Below, piece by piece: positions 1 to 13,515 of a DNA stretch of 64,000 bases. Source of the stretch: Rhodospirillaceae bacterium (GTDB lineage Bacteria > Pseudomonadota > Alphaproteobacteria > UBA6615); NCBI GenBank assembly GCA_002724635.1, contig PBPM01000101.1, positions 48,565-112,564 of the forward strand. Direction: 5' to 3'. Within the stretch, counting starts at the first letter, position 1. Each line of letters opens with the position of its first letter. A model generated the notes under the pieces. That model made no database searches. It saw nothing but the letters and a program-made list of their open reading frames with translations, and had not been told where the DNA came from. The position numbers and the translations under genes were made by a program.

Positions 1-108
1 CGCGGCGCGCAGATCCATGCCCGCCGCGTCCGCGGTCTCGTATGAGGGCAGCTCTATGTCCGCCCCATGGGGCAGGCGGATCACTGCGACATCTACGGTT
101 CGGCTCAT
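1..108 (-). CDS. dut: dUTP diphosphatase (dUTPase), N-terminal fragment; the gene runs off the left edge
   Basis: Minus-strand ATG at 106-108 overlaps the coaBC stop (ATGA). My translation MSRTVDVAVIRLPHGADIELPSYETADAAGMDLRAA carries the dUTPase motif (LP.Y.T..AAG.DLRA). coaBC-dut is a common gene order. Confidence 0.75.
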   Translation of the reverse strand, partial: MSRTVDVAVIRLPHGADIELPSYETADAAGMDLRAA

Positions 109-1310
109 TCGAGGATCTCCTGCATCTCGGCCACGCGGTCGGCGAGCCGATTGGCGACGGCGGTCTTCGACATGCGGGGCCAGTCTTCCACGCCTTCTGC
201 GCTGACCAGATGGATGGTGTTCTCCTCGCCCCCGAAGGTGCCGGTCTTAGGCGACACGTCGTTGGCGAGGATCCAGTCGCACCCCTTGTGCTCACGCTTG
301 GCGCGGGCATTTTCGATCACCAGCTCGGTCTCGGCGGCGAAGCCGATCACCAGGCCGGGCCGGGTGTTCGCCGGCGCGGCGAGGCTAGCTAGGATGTCAG
401 GATTCTCTGCCATTTCGAGCTTCGGCGGACCGCCGCCGTTCTTCTTAAGCTTTTCGTTCGCCGCGCGGGCGACGCGCCAGTCGGCTACGGCGGCGGCGCA
501 TATGGCCACGTCGACCGGTAGGGCTGCCTCGCAGGCGGCGAGTATGTCGCGTGCGCTCTCGACCCGGACTACGTTCACGCCCGGTGGATCGGGTAGGTTC
601 GTAGGCCCTGAGACAAGAGTCGTGGTCGCACCCCGCCGCGCCAGTGCCGCGGCGATCGCGTGGCCTTGGCGGCCCGAGGACCGGTTGGCGATGTAGCGCA
701 CGGGGTCGATCGGTTCATGGGTGGGGCCGCTCGTCACCAGCGCATGTCGGCCCGAAAGCGGCGCGCTAGTTTGAAAAAAATCCGATACCGCGGCGGCAAT
801 GTCGTCGGGTTCTGCGAGGCGTCCAAGCCCGTACTCGCCGCATGCCATATCGCCCTCCTCGGGCCCGACCACACGGACGCCGCGGGCTTGCAGCGTGCGG
901 AGATTGTCTTGGGTAGCGGGATGTTCCCACATGCGCATATTCATCGCCGGCGCGACCATGACGTCTTTGTCGGTGGCAAGTAGGACGGTCGAGGCGAGGT
1001 CGTCGGCCTGACCGTGGGTCATCTTGGCGAGGAGGTCGGCTGTCGCCGGCGCTACCAAAAGGAGGTCCGCGTCGCGTGATAGCTGGATATGGCCCATTTC
1101 GGCCTCGTCGGTGAGCGAGAAAAGCTCGGTGTAGACCTTGTCCTCGCTAAGCGCAGCCAGAGACAGCGGGGTGATAAATTGCGCCCCGCCCCGGGTCACT
1201 ACGCAACGCACGGCCGCGCCTCGCTCGCGCAGGCGGCGCACCAGCTCAAGGCTCTTGTAGGCGGCGATTCCGCCGCTGATGATCAGCAGGATTCGTTTGC
1301 CATGCAACAT
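105..1310 (-). CDS. coaBC: Bifunctional phosphopantothenoylcysteine decarboxylase / phosphopantothenate-cysteine ligase
   Basis: Flavoprotein N-domain motif ILLIISGGIAAYK and CoaB-type C-domain (SGPTHEPIDPVRYIANRSSG). The ORF-track start at 1325 is TTG. I prefer ATG 1308-1310 (MLHGKRILL), which has GGAG about 9 nt upstream. Confidence 0.9.
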   Translation of the reverse strand: MLHGKRILLIISGGIAAYKSLELVRRLRERGAAVRCVVTRGGAQFITPLSLAALSEDKVYTELFSLTDEAEMGHIQLSRDADLLLVAPATADLLAKMTHGQADDLASTVLLATDKDVMVAPAMNMRMWEHPATQDNLRTLQARGVRVVGPEEGDMACGEYGLGRLAEPDDIAAAVSDFFQTSAPLSGRHALVTSGPTHEPIDPVRYIANRSSGRQGHAIAAALARRGATTTLVSGPTNLPDPPGVNVVRVESARDILAACEAALPVDVAICAAAVADWRVARAANEKLKKNGGGPPKLEMAENPDILASLAAPANTRPGLVIGFAAETELVIENARAKREHKGCDWILANDVSPKTGTFGGEENTIHLVSAEGVEDWPRMSKTAVANRLADRVAEMQEILE

Positions 1311-1425
1311 ATGGCGAATCTCCAATATTGGATCAGTCGATGAGGCGAGGTACTAAACTACGAGAAGTATATGTAGATAGATAGGGTTTTCCCCGGCGCA
1401 GGCAATCATTGGCTCTGCCTGAAGA

Positions 1426-2970
1426 TTAGGACAGGAGTTCCGCGAGAATCAGGGCGGCGAGGAAGCTCAGGGCCGACCAGACGGGCCATTGGGGCGCGCC
1501 CCCCCGACCGAGATCGAGCCGTACCTTTCCCTCGGCGATGCGCGAGGCGGCCTGTTCCACCGCTTCGACGGCCTGTGGCAGGCGGGTGGCGGCGTGGATC
1601 ACGTCCGCGGTCATTTCGGCTAGGCGCGCCTCAGGTCCACGATGCTCGCGCATCCATTCCTCGACCAGCGGTAGGGCGAGTTGCCACATGTTGAGTTCGG
1701 GCGCGAGACGGCGACCGACGCCCTCGGCCAGCAGCATGGTCTTCTGCAATAATAGGAGTTCGGGCTGCGTCTCCATGTCAAAGCGCTCGGACACTTGGAA
1801 CAGCTGCGCCAGCAGCCGTGCGATAGAGATTTCGCTTGGCGGACGGTCGAAGATCGGCTCGCCGATCGCTCGGATGGCCTGGTGAAACACCTGACGGTCG
1901 GTGCCGGGCGGGACGTATTTTGCCTCAAAATGCACATCGGCCACGCGTGCATAGTCGCCCGTGACGAAGCCAAGGAGCATGTCGGCGAGGAAGTAGCGCG
2001 TGCGCCGGTCGATGCGCCCCATGATGCCGAAATCGACGACGCACAGCGCCCCGTCGCTACGGATGAATGCATTGCCAGGATGCATGTCGGCATGGAAGAA
2101 ACCGTCACGGAAGATCTGTAGGAAAAAGGACTCCGCAGCCTTGCGGACGATCGCCTCGAGATTGTGGCCCGCTGCAACCAGCTTGTCCACGTCGTGTACC
2201 GGGATGCCGGGGATCCACTCGGTGGTCAGGACCCGCCGTCCGGTCCGCTCCCAGTCGACCCTCGGAACCACATACATCGGATTGTCGGCGAAGTTTTCAT
2301 GCAGTTCCGAGGCCGCAGCACCCTCCATGCGCAGGTCCATCTCCCAGCGCAGGCTTTCGGCGAAGGTTTCGACCGCGACCACTGGCTTGAGACGGCGCAG
2401 GCGAGGCTGGGTGCCCTCCACCACATCGGCGATCCAGCGGAACAGGTCGAGGTCGCGAGCGACCGCGCGCTCGATCCCGGGCCGCAGGACCTTGACTGCC
2501 ACCTCGCGCGCGTCGGGCGCGTCTGTGTCTCTGACCCTAGCGAAATGGACCTGCGCGATGGAGGCAGCGGCTACGGGGGCGTCCTCGAAATGTTCGAAGA
2601 GCTCTGCCACCGGGCGCTCGAATTCGGCTTCGATGGCGGCACGCGCCTCGGCGCTGGTGAATGGCGGAAGGCTGTCCTGTAGGCTCGACAGGTCGTTGGC
2701 GATGCTCTCACCCACAAGGTCGGGCCGCGTGCTGAGCATCTGGCCGAACTTGATGAAGCTGGGCCCCAGGTCCCGGAGCGCGTGCGCGAGTCGTTCGCCG
2801 GGGCGCAGATCGCGGATTTCCGGCGCGGTGCGGAATCCCGAGAGCACCCGCGCCGCGAAGACGAGGCCCCCTGTGGCCGGTAGCCATTCAGCAGGAAACA
2901 GCGCGTTGTAACGTGCCAACGTGCGCGCGATTCCGATCAGGCGGAGCAGGTTTCGCGGTGCCCGAAGCAT
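1426..2970 (-). CDS. ubiB: UbiB / ABC1-family ubiquinone biosynthesis kinase-like protein
   Basis: 514 aa with ABC1 motifs (AAASIAQVHFA, FFHADMHPGNAF, VVDFGIMG) and a C-terminal hydrophobic helix. Lies 6 nt downstream of ubiE. Confidence 0.9.
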   Translation of the reverse strand: MLRAPRNLLRLIGIARTLARYNALFPAEWLPATGGLVFAARVLSGFRTAPEIRDLRPGERLAHALRDLGPSFIKFGQMLSTRPDLVGESIANDLSSLQDSLPPFTSAEARAAIEAEFERPVAELFEHFEDAPVAAASIAQVHFARVRDTDAPDAREVAVKVLRPGIERAVARDLDLFRWIADVVEGTQPRLRRLKPVVAVETFAESLRWEMDLRMEGAAASELHENFADNPMYVVPRVDWERTGRRVLTTEWIPGIPVHDVDKLVAAGHNLEAIVRKAAESFFLQIFRDGFFHADMHPGNAFIRSDGALCVVDFGIMGRIDRRTRYFLADMLLGFVTGDYARVADVHFEAKYVPPGTDRQVFHQAIRAIGEPIFDRPPSEISIARLLAQLFQVSERFDMETQPELLLLQKTMLLAEGVGRRLAPELNMWQLALPLVEEWMREHRGPEARLAEMTADVIHAATRLPQAVEAVEQAASRIAEGKVRLDLGRGGAPQWPVWSALSFLAALILAELLS

Positions 2971-2976
2971 AGCGGC

Positions 2977-3753
2977 TCAGATCCGGCGTGCGCCGTGTAT
3001 GGCCGCGATGCCACCCGACAGGTTGCGTACGCGCACTTGGTCTAGCCCCGCGTAGCGGATCATCTCCGCGTAGTGGGCTTGGTCCGGGAACTTGCGGATG
3101 CTTTCGGCGAGATAGCGATAGGCGGCCTCGTCGCGTGCCACCTGCTTGCCGAGCCAAGGCAGGACCGAGAAGGAATAGCGGTCGTAGAGCTGGTCGATTA
3201 CCGGCAGGACGACGCGACTGAACTCGAGACAGAGGAACTGGCCGCCCGGCCGCAAGACGCGCCGCGCCTCGGCTAGGGCGGCGGGAATGTTGGTCACGTT
3301 ACGCATACCGAAAGCGATCGTGTAGACGTCGAAGCTCGAATCCGCTGCCGGGATCACCTCGGCGTCGCCGCAGACCCAGCGGATGCCGTCGTCGCGGACA
3401 AGAATCCCCCGGTCGACGGCACGACTGCGTCCGACGTTAAGCATGTCGGGGTTGATGTCGCAGACGGTAATCTGTGTGCCCACACGGGCGCCGTCGCGAA
3501 TGCCGAACGCGATGTCGCCGGTGCCGCCTGCCACGTCGAGTATGCGTAGGCCGGGCCGGCGGGCGACCATGCCTACGAACGCTGATTTCCAGAGCCGGTG
3601 TAAGCCCATGCTCATGAGGTCGTTCATTAGGTCATAGCTGCCGGCGACGGACGAGAAGACATCTCGCACGCGCCCACCCTTCTCCGAGACAGGGACGTCT
3701 TCGAAGCCGAAATGGGTGGTCTCGTGTTGCGATTTCTGGTGAGGTTCGCGCAT
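2977..3753 (-). CDS. ubiE: Ubiquinone/menaquinone biosynthesis C-methyltransferase
   Basis: 258 aa with the SAM-binding motif ILDVAGGTGD and a UbiE/MenG-type N-terminus (THFGFEDVP...YDLMNDLMSMGLHRLWK). Confidence 0.9.
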   Translation of the reverse strand: MREPHQKSQHETTHFGFEDVPVSEKGGRVRDVFSSVAGSYDLMNDLMSMGLHRLWKSAFVGMVARRPGLRILDVAGGTGDIAFGIRDGARVGTQITVCDINPDMLNVGRSRAVDRGILVRDDGIRWVCGDAEVIPAADSSFDVYTIAFGMRNVTNIPAALAEARRVLRPGGQFLCLEFSRVVLPVIDQLYDRYSFSVLPWLGKQVARDEAAYRYLAESIRKFPDQAHYAEMIRYAGLDQVRVRNLSGGIAAIHGARRI

Positions 3754-3861
3754 AGCGGGGGACCATATCGGAGGAGGGCCTCCGGCGGCAAAAGAAAAGC
3801 CGCCCTGCGACGATTCGCATGATATGAAAGATTGCCCTGATCCTCGCCAGCGAGCGCCGAA

Positions 3862-4740
3862 ATGCCCGAACTGCCCGAAGTCGAAACCGTCGTCCGCGGC
3901 CTACGGCCGGCGCTCCAGGGACGGCGGCTGGCGCGGGTCGAGCTGCGCCGCCCCGACCTCAGATTCCCGTTTCCCGAGGGCTTTGCGGACCGGCTCTCCG
4001 GCCGCACGGTGAAGGATGTGACGCGCCGAGCGAAATACATCCTGATCCGCCTCGACGACGGTGCGATCTGGCTGGCCCATCTCGGCATGTCGGGCCGGTT
4101 CACGGTTAAGCCGGGTGCGACGGCGCGCACCGGTCAAGCCGACCATAATTCCGGCTGGGCGCTTGCAGATAAGCACGACCATTTTCTGGTCGAGACAGAT
4201 GACGGCGGGCGCGTCATCTATAACGATACTCGCCGCTTCGGGTTCATGGATCTGGTTGCGCCGGGCGACGAGGTGGACAATCGGCATCTGCGTGCGTTGG
4301 GGCCGGAGCCACTGTCAGACGATTTCTCACCCGCCTACCTTGCCGCCACGCTGCGCGGCAAGCGCACGCCGATCAAGGCGGCGCTGCTCGACCAGCGGGT
4401 CGTAGCCGGCATCGGCAATATCTATGCCTGCGAGGCGCTCTGGCGCGCCGGAATCAGCCCGCGGCGCAGTGCCCACACGGTTGCGGGCGGCCGGGCCGAG
4501 CGTATGGTGACGGCCGTAAAATCCGTGCTGGATGAGGCGATTGAGGCGGGCGGCTCGTCGTTGCGCGATTATGTTCAAACCGATGGTGAGCTCGGATATT
4601 TCCAACACCGCTGGGCGGTCTACGGCCGGGTCGGAGAGGTGTGCGCAAAGTGCAGTGCCGAGAGAAACACGGATTGCCGTATCGCTAGAATCGCCCAGTC
4701 CGGCCGGTCCACTTTCTATTGCTCTCGGCAACAACGGTGA
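3862..4740 (+). CDS. mutM: Formamidopyrimidine-DNA glycosylase (Fpg/MutM) with an atypical C-terminal zinc finger
   Basis: N-terminal catalytic MPELPEVETVVRGL, an H2TH region (LLDQRVVAGIGNIYACEALW), and a C-terminal Cys cluster CAKC...C...YC. Confidence 0.9.
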   Translation: MPELPEVETVVRGLRPALQGRRLARVELRRPDLRFPFPEGFADRLSGRTVKDVTRRAKYILIRLDDGAIWLAHLGMSGRFTVKPGATARTGQADHNSGWALADKHDHFLVETDDGGRVIYNDTRRFGFMDLVAPGDEVDNRHLRALGPEPLSDDFSPAYLAATLRGKRTPIKAALLDQRVVAGIGNIYACEALWRAGISPRRSAHTVAGGRAERMVTAVKSVLDEAIEAGGSSLRDYVQTDGELGYFQHRWAVYGRVGEVCAKCSAERNTDCRIARIAQSGRSTFYCSRQQR

Positions 4741-4743
4741 GCT

Positions 4744-5142
4744 ATGAGCGGCGCTATGTCGCTTTGCAAAATAAGCCGCCGGCGCGGCGCGATGGTTTTG
4801 CTTGCCGCGTTTTTTTCGCTGTTGGCGCCGGTATTCGCCTACGAAACGTCGTTCCTCGCGGATATAGATGACCTGCCTCTAGCGCCGGGCCTAACAGAGG
4901 ATGCAGCGTCGCGCGTCGCTTTCGACAAGCCCGAGGGCCGGATCGTGCAGGCGCTCGCCAGCGGGCGGGCCGATCCGGCCGCGGTGCGCACCTTCTATGC
5001 GGAAACCCTGCCGGCGCTTGGCTGGCGAACAGGCGTGGCCGGGGAGTGGTCGCGCGGTCGCGAGACCCTACGTGTGGATGTCGAAAACGCGGAGGGTGGG
5101 GTCGTCGTCCGGTTTGCCATTGCACCGCGAGCCGTCCCGTAG
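4744..5142 (+). CDS. Hypothetical secreted protein
   Basis: 132-aa ORF starting 3 nt after the mutM stop. It has an N-terminal hydrophobic signal-like segment (MVLLAAFFSLLAPVFA). I recognise no family. Confidence 0.5.
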   Translation: MSGAMSLCKISRRRGAMVLLAAFFSLLAPVFAYETSFLADIDDLPLAPGLTEDAASRVAFDKPEGRIVQALASGRADPAAVRTFYAETLPALGWRTGVAGEWSRGRETLRVDVENAEGGVVVRFAIAPRAVP

Positions 5143-5197
5143 ATTGGTCGGCTTCCGATTACCAATCTGAAACATCTGAAGACTGAGGAGGGCCGGC

Positions 5198-5974
5198 ATG
5201 GCCTATGAGAATATCGAGGTAGACACCAAGGGCCATGTGGGCATGGTTACCCTGAACCGTCCCAAGGCGCTGAATGCGCTCTGCGATGCGCTAATCTCGG
5301 AGTTGGGTCAGGCGCTCGACGCCTTCGAGGCCGACGACAACATAGGGTGCATTGTGCTGTCGGGCTCGGAGAAGGCCTTTGCAGCGGGTGCCGACATCAA
5401 GGAGATGGCGGAAAAGGCGTATATGGATGCCTATGTGTCTGACTTCATTACGGTCGGCTGGGAGCGTGTCACGACCTGCCGCAAGCCGGTCGTCGCCGCG
5501 GTCGCCGGTTATGCGCTTGGTGGCGGCTGTGAACTCGCGATGATGTGCGATTTCATCATCGCGGCGGACAACGCCAAGTTCGGCCAACCCGAGATCACCA
5601 TCGGCACTATCCCCGGTGCCGGCGGAACCCAGCGCCTGACGAGGTTCGTGGGCAAGTCCAAGGCGATGGAGATGGTGCTCACCGGACGGATGATGGACGC
5701 GGAGGAGGCCGAAAGAGCGGGGCTCGTGAGCCGCGTGGTGCCGCTCGACAGCTTGGTGGACGAGGCGATAAAGGTGGCCGACACTATCGCCGGTCTGTCG
5801 CGCCCCGTTGTCATGATGGCCAAGGAATCGGTTAATCGAGCCTATGAAAGCACATTGTCCGAGGGTGTGCGCTTCGAGCGGCGACTGTTTCACTCGACCT
5901 TTGCAACCGAGGATCAGAAGGAAGGCATGGCGGCATTCGTCGAAAAGCGACAGCCCAACTTCAAAAACAACTAG
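5198..5974 (+). CDS. Enoyl-CoA hydratase (crotonase family)
   Basis: 258 aa with crotonase motifs [24 protein letters not shown] and [20 protein letters not shown]. Confidence 0.9.
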   Translation: MAYENIEVDTKGHVGMVTLNRPKALNALCDALISELGQALDAFEADDNIGCIVLSGSEKAFAAGADIKEMAEKAYMDAYVSDFITVGWERVTTCRKPVVAAVAGYALGGGCELAMMCDFIIAADNAKFGQPEITIGTIPGAGGTQRLTRFVGKSKAMEMVLTGRMMDAEEAERAGLVSRVVPLDSLVDEAIKVADTIAGLSRPVVMMAKESVNRAYESTLSEGVRFERRLFHSTFATEDQKEGMAAFVEKRQPNFKNN

Positions 5975-6102
5975 GCGTTGGGTATCGGGCCGCGTGATGC
6001 GCGGCCAAATTGCTCCGTTTTTCAGGTCGTTGCCACCTTGACGGACCCCCGGGGCCCGTCTATACACCGCGCCCGAACATGCAATCGATTTCGAGAACTG
6101 AT

Positions 6103-6366
6103 ATGGCCAATCATCATTCGGCAAAAGTGCGCATTCGGCGCAATGCGCGCCGCGCCACGATTAATGGAAACCGGATCGGACGCATCCGCACCCATCTTAA
6201 GCAGGTCGAGTCAGCGATTGCCGCCGGTGACAAGCCGGCGGCCGAGGCGGCCTTTCGTGCGGCCCAGCCGAAATTGCACCGTGGTGCGCAAAAAGGTGTG
6301 ATCCACGCCAACACGGTGTCGCGCAAGCTTTCGCGCTTGTCGGCTCGCATAAAGGCCTTGGCGTAA
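6103..6366 (+). CDS. rpsT: 30S ribosomal protein S20
   Basis: ATG at 6103 gives [17 protein letters not shown]...[24 protein letters not shown], a typical S20 of 87 aa. The longer ORF-track start is unlikely. Confidence 0.9.
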   Translation: MANHHSAKVRIRRNARRATINGNRIGRIRTHLKQVESAIAAGDKPAAEAAFRAAQPKLHRGAQKGVIHANTVSRKLSRLSARIKALA

Positions 6367-6391
6367 CCAACGAACGCCGCTGGGTTTTTAA

Positions 6392-6422
6392 GGGCCGCGC
6401 CCCCGGGGCGCGGTTTTTGTTT
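6392..6422 (+). terminator. Rho-independent terminator of rpsT
   Basis: GC-rich hairpin CCGCGCCCC / GGGGCGCGG (6395-6413) followed by TTTTTGTTTG, about 26 nt after the rpsT stop. Confidence 0.75.
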
Positions 6423-6991
6423 GTCCGCATGGTCTTTGTCCGCCGCGCGAAATTTTCGTATTTTTTTACGGATTCGACCTTTTGACTAGTTGCTAGTCCA
6501 ACCCTCTCACGTTATGTTCCGTTCTGCCGTTCTAGACCGGTGAAGCAGTAAAAAATAAGAATCGGTCGTGGAATTTTCGGATAAATACAGAAAAGGGTTT
6601 TGAGAGGCTAAGTTAAAACAAGCATAGCTTAGTCTCGCAGGGAAGAATTGTGCCTGAGAGCAGTAAAAGAGTAGTTTAAGTAAGTACTTGCAAGTAAAAG
6701 TGCTCTTGTGCATCTGAATGGTCGCTTCGGTTTCCGCCGCGACTTCTTGCGTTGGTCCGCTCGTCAATTTGACGCTTCTATCGGGTTCTTTCAATGACGC
6801 TCGGGCGGCGCTGGGATGGACATGGGGTGTCCTTGGGGCGTGTCGCCTATGACACGACTGGTCCGTAGAGATTTTTCTGGTGGTGCGTCTGCGCATTGCC
6901 GCGTGGAAGTTTTTGGGGTGTCGCGCGTGCGATCCTGGCAGAGGGTGCGCGGTGATTTTCAAGCTTTGGAGTGCACGGGGATTTTCGCCAG

Positions 6992-8425
6992 ATGGCTGAG
7001 CAGTGGGGGCAGAGCGACGGAACGCTGACAGAGCAGTGGACTCGGGTGCGGGCAAGGTTGCGCAACGATGCCGGCGAAGCTGCTTTTAACAGTTGGCTGA
7101 AACCATTGACGCTCGGAGATTTCAATGGCGGCCGGCTACGGGTCGCGGTGCCCACGCGCTTCATGCGTGACTGGATCGACCAGAATTACGGTGAACGCCT
7201 GTTCGAGCTTTGGGCCGGTGAGAACGATGCGGTCAAATCCGTTGAGATCATCGTCGAGCCCTCTCAGACCGTAATTCAGCCTGCCGGTGCACCGCCACGT
7301 CAGCCGTTGGCGCAACGCATCGAATCCGAGGCCGCGCCGCAAGATTCGGAGGCTACGGGTGGTGCGGTGCCCGGTGCAGGGGCCGAGAGCGGGATTGGCG
7401 ATGTCCGCGCCTTCCTGGATGAACGCTTCAAATTCGGGCATTTCGTGGTCGGCCGGTCGAATGAGCTGGCCCATGCGGCGGCCCGGCGGGTCGGGGAGTC
7501 GAAGACCGTGCCCTTCAATCCGCTGTTCCTGTATGGCGGCGTCGGGCTCGGCAAGACCCATCTGATGCACGCGATTGCCTGGCATATCGCCGAGCGCGAA
7601 CCGCGGCGGCGGGTACTCTATATGTCGGCTGAGAAGTTCATGTATCAGTTCATCCGCGCGCTACGCTATCGGACGATCATGGACTTCAAGGAGCAGTTCC
7701 GTTCGGTCGATGTCCTGATGATCGACGATATCCAGTTCATCGCGGGCAAGGATTCGACCCAAGAAGAGTTTTTCCACACCTTCAACGCTCTGGTGGACCA
7801 GAACCGGCAGATAATCGTGTCGGCGGACAAGTCGCCGTCGGATCTCGAGGGCATGGAAGAGCGGCTGAAGTCGCGTCTCGGATGCGGGCTGGTGGCCGAT
7901 ATCCACCCGACCGACTACGAGCTGCGCCTCGGTGTCCTGCAGGCCAAGGCCGAGCAGATCGGGGCCGAGATCCCTGATAAGGTGATGGAGTTCCTGTCTC
8001 ACAAGATCACTTCGAATATCCGCGAGCTCGAGGGGGCGCTGAACCGCATCGTCGCCCACGCGACCCTAGTGGGCCGACCGGTGACCTTGGAGACCACCCA
8101 GGACGTGCTGCATGACCTACTGCGGGCCAACGACCGCCGGGTCACGATCGAGGAAATTCAGAAACGCGTCGCGGAACATTTCAACATCCGGCTGGCCGAC
8201 ATGCACTCGGCCCGCCGCGCGCGTGCCGTCGCGCGGCCGCGCCAAGTAGCGATGTATCTGGCCAAGCAGTTGACGTCGCGCTCGCTGCCGGAGATCGGAC
8301 GCAAGTTCGGCGGACGTGACCACACGACGGTAATGCACGCAGTCCGCAAGGTCGAGGAATTGCGCTCGGCGGATGCGGGATTCAATGAGGATGTCGAGCT
8401 GCTGCGCCGGATGCTGGAAATCTGA
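6992..8425 (+). CDS. dnaA: Chromosomal replication initiator protein DnaA
   Basis: AAA+ Walker A GGVGLGKTHLMHAI, Walker B VLMIDDIQF, and C-terminal DNA-binding signature (RPRQVAMYLAKQLT...GGRDHTTVMHA). The ORF-track start 6971 is GTG. The first ATG is 6992 (MAEQWG), so the start is uncertain by 21 nt. Confidence 0.95.
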   Translation: MAEQWGQSDGTLTEQWTRVRARLRNDAGEAAFNSWLKPLTLGDFNGGRLRVAVPTRFMRDWIDQNYGERLFELWAGENDAVKSVEIIVEPSQTVIQPAGAPPRQPLAQRIESEAAPQDSEATGGAVPGAGAESGIGDVRAFLDERFKFGHFVVGRSNELAHAAARRVGESKTVPFNPLFLYGGVGLGKTHLMHAIAWHIAEREPRRRVLYMSAEKFMYQFIRALRYRTIMDFKEQFRSVDVLMIDDIQFIAGKDSTQEEFFHTFNALVDQNRQIIVSADKSPSDLEGMEERLKSRLGCGLVADIHPTDYELRLGVLQAKAEQIGAEIPDKVMEFLSHKITSNIRELEGALNRIVAHATLVGRPVTLETTQDVLHDLLRANDRRVTIEEIQKRVAEHFNIRLADMHSARRARAVARPRQVAMYLAKQLTSRSLPEIGRKFGGRDHTTVMHAVRKVEELRSADAGFNEDVELLRRMLEI

Positions 8426-8641
8426 TTGCCCGCGCGCGGCGCGAAGTCGCGTACTGACTTATGCAAAATAACAAAAATGCTGGCCCGCGGGAGTGTCCAG
8501 GCTCCGATTTGCCTGCCGAATCAGGCCGCATTTGCTATATTTTCTGGACGTCAGATTCTGCCCAGAATTCTCGGATTCCCGGGCGCCTGCGGCAGGCTAA
8601 AGCGGCTGCGTCGCATCCGGGCCAAAAAGGACCGACGAAGA

Positions 8642-9760
8642 ATGAAACTAACTATTGAGCGCGGGACGTTCCTGAAGGCATTGGCACACGTTCAGAGCGT
8701 TGTGGAGCGACGCAACACGATCCCGATTCTCGCAAATGTACTTCTCGACGGGAAAAACGGGAGCCTGACCCTCAGCGCGACGGACATGGACCTCGCCATC
8801 AACGAGACCGTGCCCGCGGACACGCCTCAGGAAGGGACCACGACCGCGCCGGCGCATACGCTCTATGACATCGTGCGAAAGCTTCCCGACGGGGCCCAGG
8901 TTGAGATCGAAACCGACGCGGCTTCTGGGCAGCTGCTGATCCGCGCAGGGCGGTCGAAGTTCAACCTTGCAACGCTGCCGGTCGAGGACTTCCCCATCAT
9001 GAGCGGCGGGGACATTCCGTATACCTTCTCGGTCGAGGCCAAGGATTTGCGCACGCTGGTCGACCGGACGCGTTTCGCGGTGTCGACCGAAGAGACACGC
9101 TACTATCTCAACGGCATCTTCCTCCATGCTGCGGATCAGGACGGGACCAATGTGCTGCGTGCCGTGGCGACGGACGGTCATCGCTTGGCCCGTGTACAGC
9201 TGCCCATGCCCGACGGCGGCGACGGCATTCCTGGCGTCATCGTCCCGCGTAAGGCGATCGGCGAGTTACGCAAGCTAATCGAGGAGACGACGGACCCGAT
9301 CGAAATCGCCCTTTCTGACACGCGCATCCGCATGACGTTTGACGATGCGGTGCTGACGTCGAAGCTGATCGACGGTACCTTCCCCGATTATGAGCGGGTT
9401 ATTCCAAAGGACAACGACAAGATCCTGTCCGTGGATCGCGGCGTGTTCGCTCAGGCGGTGGATCGTGTTTCGACCATCTCGTCGGAGAAGAGCCGTGCCA
9501 TCAAGCTGGCCGTGGCCCCGGGTCATCTGACCCTGTCGGCCACGAGCGCTGAGAACGGCAGCGCCTCCGAGGAACTGGAGGTTGCCTATGACGAGGCAGA
9601 GATTGAGATCGGTTTTAACTCGCGCTACTTGCTCGACATCACCGCCCAGATCGAGAACGAAAATGCCGAATTTGTGCTGGCGGATGCCTCCTCGCCGACC
9701 ATCGTGCGCGACGGCGGCGACGAGAGCGCGCTCTACGTCCTCATGCCGATGCGCGTCTAG
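8642..9760 (+). CDS. dnaN: DNA polymerase III beta sliding clamp
   Basis: ATG 8642 gives MKLTIERGTFLKALAHVQSVVERRNTIPILANVLL..., 372 aa, in the canonical position after dnaA. The upstream part of the ORF-track ORF is leader. Confidence 0.95.
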   Translation: MKLTIERGTFLKALAHVQSVVERRNTIPILANVLLDGKNGSLTLSATDMDLAINETVPADTPQEGTTTAPAHTLYDIVRKLPDGAQVEIETDAASGQLLIRAGRSKFNLATLPVEDFPIMSGGDIPYTFSVEAKDLRTLVDRTRFAVSTEETRYYLNGIFLHAADQDGTNVLRAVATDGHRLARVQLPMPDGGDGIPGVIVPRKAIGELRKLIEETTDPIEIALSDTRIRMTFDDAVLTSKLIDGTFPDYERVIPKDNDKILSVDRGVFAQAVDRVSTISSEKSRAIKLAVAPGHLTLSATSAENGSASEELEVAYDEAEIEIGFNSRYLLDITAQIENENAEFVLADASSPTIVRDGGDESALYVLMPMRV

Positions 9761-9766
9761 GCGCGC

Positions 9767-13458
<3,692 letters not shown>

Positions 13459-13515
13459 GCCAACGGCCGGGCTTCGCCACAATTCGGCCAAGCCGATGCG
13501 GCATTCTTCGCGCCC

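Noticed and set aside
6430-6990. The AT-rich region upstream of dnaA as the chromosomal origin (oriC).
   Set aside because: I found only one weak DnaA-box-like 9-mer (7 of 9) and no cluster of boxes or obvious 13-mer-type unwinding repeats. In many alphaproteobacteria oriC is not next to dnaA. I treat the region as a dnaA regulatory region unless a GC-skew and DnaA-box scan says otherwise.
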